Shown: piece by piece, positions 61,720-64,000 of the stretch
How positions within the stretch are numbered: the first letter of the stretch is position 1
Layout of the letters: every line of letters begins with the position of its first letter
NCBI GenBank assembly: GCA_965205265.1
Contig: CBDBGH010000003.1
Location: 1,536,001 to 1,600,000, forward strand
Reading direction: 5' to 3'
DNA: 64,000 nucleotides
DNA from: Alphaproteobacteria bacterium
Lineage (GTDB): Bacteria > Pseudomonadota > Alphaproteobacteria > Bin95
The notes under the pieces: model-generated
Database searches by the model: none
What the model was told of the DNA's origin: nothing
Seen by the model: the letters and a program-made list of their open reading frames with translations, nothing else
Program-made: the position numbers and the translations under genes

Positions 61720-62565
61720 CTACTCCGCCGCCGCGCTCCACGCCGGCGGCAGGTCGAAGGGGCGGTCGCCGGAAAGGGAGGGCACGCGGGCGCGGGCCTC
61801 CGCGACGCGCGCCGTGTCGATCCCGGCGGTCACGATACCGGGCCCCTCGCCGCCGTCCGCCAGCACTTCGCCCCAGGGCGCGACAATCAGCGAATGGCCG
61901 TATGTGCGCCGCCCTTCCGCATGCTCGCCCACCTGCGCCGGCGCCACGATGAAGCAGCCGGTCTCGATGGCGCGGGCGCGCAGCAGCACATGCCAGTGCG
62001 CGCGGCCCGTCGGCACGGTGAAGGCGGACGGCACGGTAATCACCTCCGCCCCGGCCTGCGCCAACGCCCGGTAAAGTGCGGGAAAGCGCATGTCGTAACA
62101 GATCGTGAGGCCCAGCACTGCGAGCGGCGTAGCGACGGTTACCGCGTTTTCGCCCGGCCGGTATGTCCGGCTTTCCCGGTAGCGGTCGCCCTCGCCGATG
62201 TCCACGTCGAACATATGGATCTTGTCATAGGTGGCCGCGACCTCGCCGGCCGGGTCGATCAGATACGACCGGTTGGCAAGCCGCTCCTCTTCGGTGCGCG
62301 TCACCATCGAGCCCGCCAGCAGCCAGGCCCCGGTCTCCCGGGCCCATTCCCGGAAAGCCGCGAGGCCCCGGTGGCTGTCCTGCGGCTCCGCCTTTTCCAG
62401 AACCAGGCGCCGGCGCGGCTCCAGATAGGAACAGACTTCCGGCGCGGCAATCAGGTCCGCGCCCATGTCCCGCGCGCGGCGGACCATGTCGCCGAGCGCG
62501 GCAAGCGTCGGCTCCGTGTCCCGTTCCGCCGTGTTCTGAAGACAGGCCACCGTGAAGACGCTCAT
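61720..62565 (-). CDS. Carbon-nitrogen hydrolase (Nit1/deaminated glutathione amidase-like)
   Basis: APE, YDKIHMFDV, ICYDMRFP, HWHVLLRARAIE, GHS, PWG. Confidence 0.92.
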   Translation of the reverse strand: MSVFTVACLQNTAERDTEPTLAALGDMVRRARDMGADLIAAPEVCSYLEPRRRLVLEKAEPQDSHRGLAAFREWARETGAWLLAGSMVTRTEEERLANRSYLIDPAGEVAATYDKIHMFDVDIGEGDRYRESRTYRPGENAVTVATPLAVLGLTICYDMRFPALYRALAQAGAEVITVPSAFTVPTGRAHWHVLLRARAIETGCFIVAPAQVGEHAEGRRTYGHSLIVAPWGEVLADGGEGPGIVTAGIDTARVAEARARVPSLSGDRPFDLPPAWSAAAE

Positions 62566-62828
62566 GACGCGGCTCCCTCCAGCATGGCATCGAGCCGCCC
62601 TGCCCGCTCCAGCGCCGCCAGCTCGTCCGACCCGCCGACATGCGCGCCGGCGATGAAGATTTGCGGTACCGTGCGCCGGCCGCCGGACCGGCTCATCATC
62701 TCGCTGCGCAGGGCCGGCTCGGTATCCACATTGTATTCGGCGAACTCGACGCCCTTGCTCTTCAGCAACCGCTTCGCCCGGTAGCAGAAAGGGCACCACG
62801 AACTGGAGTACATCTCGACCCTGGTCAT
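62562..62828 (-). CDS. grxC: Glutaredoxin 3
   Basis: CPFC, TVPQIFI, GGSD. Confidence 0.95.
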   Translation of the reverse strand: MTRVEMYSSSWCPFCYRAKRLLKSKGVEFAEYNVDTEPALRSEMMSRSGGRRTVPQIFIAGAHVGGSDELAALERAGRLDAMLEGAAS

Positions 62829-62935
62829 GGGTTCACCATATAGCCGCGCCCGCCTGCCCCGTCGAGACGGCGGCGCCCTTGACCCTTCGCCTTCCCGTGC
62901 GGATAAACCGCCCGCCGAATATGGAACGGTGGACC

Positions 62936-63952
62936 ATGAAACGCATTTTCTCCGGCATCCAGCCGACCGGAAACCTGCATCTCGGGAACTATCTGGGCGC
63001 CATCCGCAACTGGGTGGGCATGCAACAGGACTTCGACTTCAACTGCATCTTCTGCATCGTCGATCTGCACGCCATCACCGTCCCGCAGGACCCGGCCGAA
63101 CTGGCCGCCAATACCCGCGAGGTGACAGCGGCCTACATCGCGTCCGGGATCGATCCGGAGCGCTGCATCGTCTTCAACCAGAGCATGGTATCCGCCCATG
63201 CGGAGCTTGCCTGGGTGCTGAACTGCCATGCGCCGATGGGCTGGCTCAACCGCATGACCCAGTTCAAGGAAAAGGCCGGGAAGCGCCGCGACGCCGCTGC
63301 GGTCGGGCTTTTCGCCTATCCCGTGCTGATGGCCGCCGACATCCTGCTCTACCGCGCCAGCGACGTGCCGGTGGGCGAGGACCAGAAGCAGCACCTGGAA
63401 CTTTCCCGCGATATCGCAGGCGCGTTCAACCGCCACTACGGCTGCGAGGCGTTCGTGCTGCCGGAGCCGCGCATCTTCGGCGCCGCGACCCGTGTGATGA
63501 GCCTGCGGGACGGCACCGCAAAGATGAGCAAGTCCGACCCCTCGGCCTGGTCCCGCATCAACCTTTCGGACGACGCCGACGCCATCGCGCAGAAAATCCG
63601 CCGGGCGAAGACCGACCCCGAGGCCCTGCCAAGCGAGCCGGCGGGGCTGGAAGGCCGGCCGGAAGCCGAAAATCTCGTCGGCATCCACGCCGCGCTTGCC
63701 GGAGTGGATGAAGCCGCGGTCTGCCGCGAATTCGGCGGGCGGGGCTTCGCCGACTTCAAGGCGGCCCTTTCCGAGCTTGCCGTGGAGGTGCTCTCGCCGG
63801 TCACGGCCGAAATGCGCCGCCTGACGGCCGATCCCGGCTATATCGACGGCGTGCTGGCCGACGGGGCAGCGCGGGCGGACGCCATTGCGTCTGGGACAAT
63901 GAGTGAAATCAGGAAGGTCGTCGGCTTCCTCACACCCCGGCAAAGCTCATGA
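62936..63952 (+). CDS. trpS: Tryptophanyl-tRNA synthetase
   Basis: [39 protein letters not shown]. Confidence 0.97.
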   Translation: MKRIFSGIQPTGNLHLGNYLGAIRNWVGMQQDFDFNCIFCIVDLHAITVPQDPAELAANTREVTAAYIASGIDPERCIVFNQSMVSAHAELAWVLNCHAPMGWLNRMTQFKEKAGKRRDAAAVGLFAYPVLMAADILLYRASDVPVGEDQKQHLELSRDIAGAFNRHYGCEAFVLPEPRIFGAATRVMSLRDGTAKMSKSDPSAWSRINLSDDADAIAQKIRRAKTDPEALPSEPAGLEGRPEAENLVGIHAALAGVDEAAVCREFGGRGFADFKAALSELAVEVLSPVTAEMRRLTADPGYIDGVLADGAARADAIASGTMSEIRKVVGFLTPRQSS

Positions 63953-64000
63953 GAAAGGCAGATATCGGGACCTTCTTCGACCGCCTGGCGGCCGCCCTGC
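63949..64000 (+). CDS. 5' fragment of next gene, probably endonuclease III
   Basis: ATGA overlap with the trpS stop; [17 protein letters not shown] resembles alphaproteobacterial Nth N-termini. Only 17 codons are visible. Confidence 0.5.
   Translation, partial: MRKADIGTFFDRLAAAL

Overview
Gene-dense, high-GC chromosomal segment of an alphaproteobacterium. The assignment rests on gene content and order: tyrS/anmK, chorismate mutase-hisC-tyrC, purE-purK-COQ9-rpsU, lptFG-pepA-holC-ndk and dapA-smpB. About 63 CDS: housekeeping genes, a purine catabolism cluster (xdhAB, puuD, uraH, puuE-uraD fusion, ureidoglycine aminohydrolase, NCS2 permease, TauD-like dioxygenase), C1/methylamine genes, several flavo-oxidoreductases and a vapBC module after smpB. 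No rRNA, tRNA, tmRNA or CRISPR array was seen. The two largest gene-free gaps (40382-40956 and 52487-53791) both hold a diverged copy of the same ~420-bp apparently non-coding element. It runs from a TACAATAG promoter-like 5' end through conserved GC-rich blocks to a CATGACA-N3-CATGACA / TGGAGTGGGCCC 3' end. The second copy is split by nested insertions: an IR-bounded segment containing a REP doublet, into whose hairpin a 361-bp TIR/TSD-bounded MITE is inserted, and the MITE carries another REP doublet. Other oddities are an NCS2 permease fused to a degenerate RsbW/HATPase-like domain and the absence of lptD from the lptFG-surA-pdxA-rsmA operon. Product calls come from motif recognition only; no database search was run.
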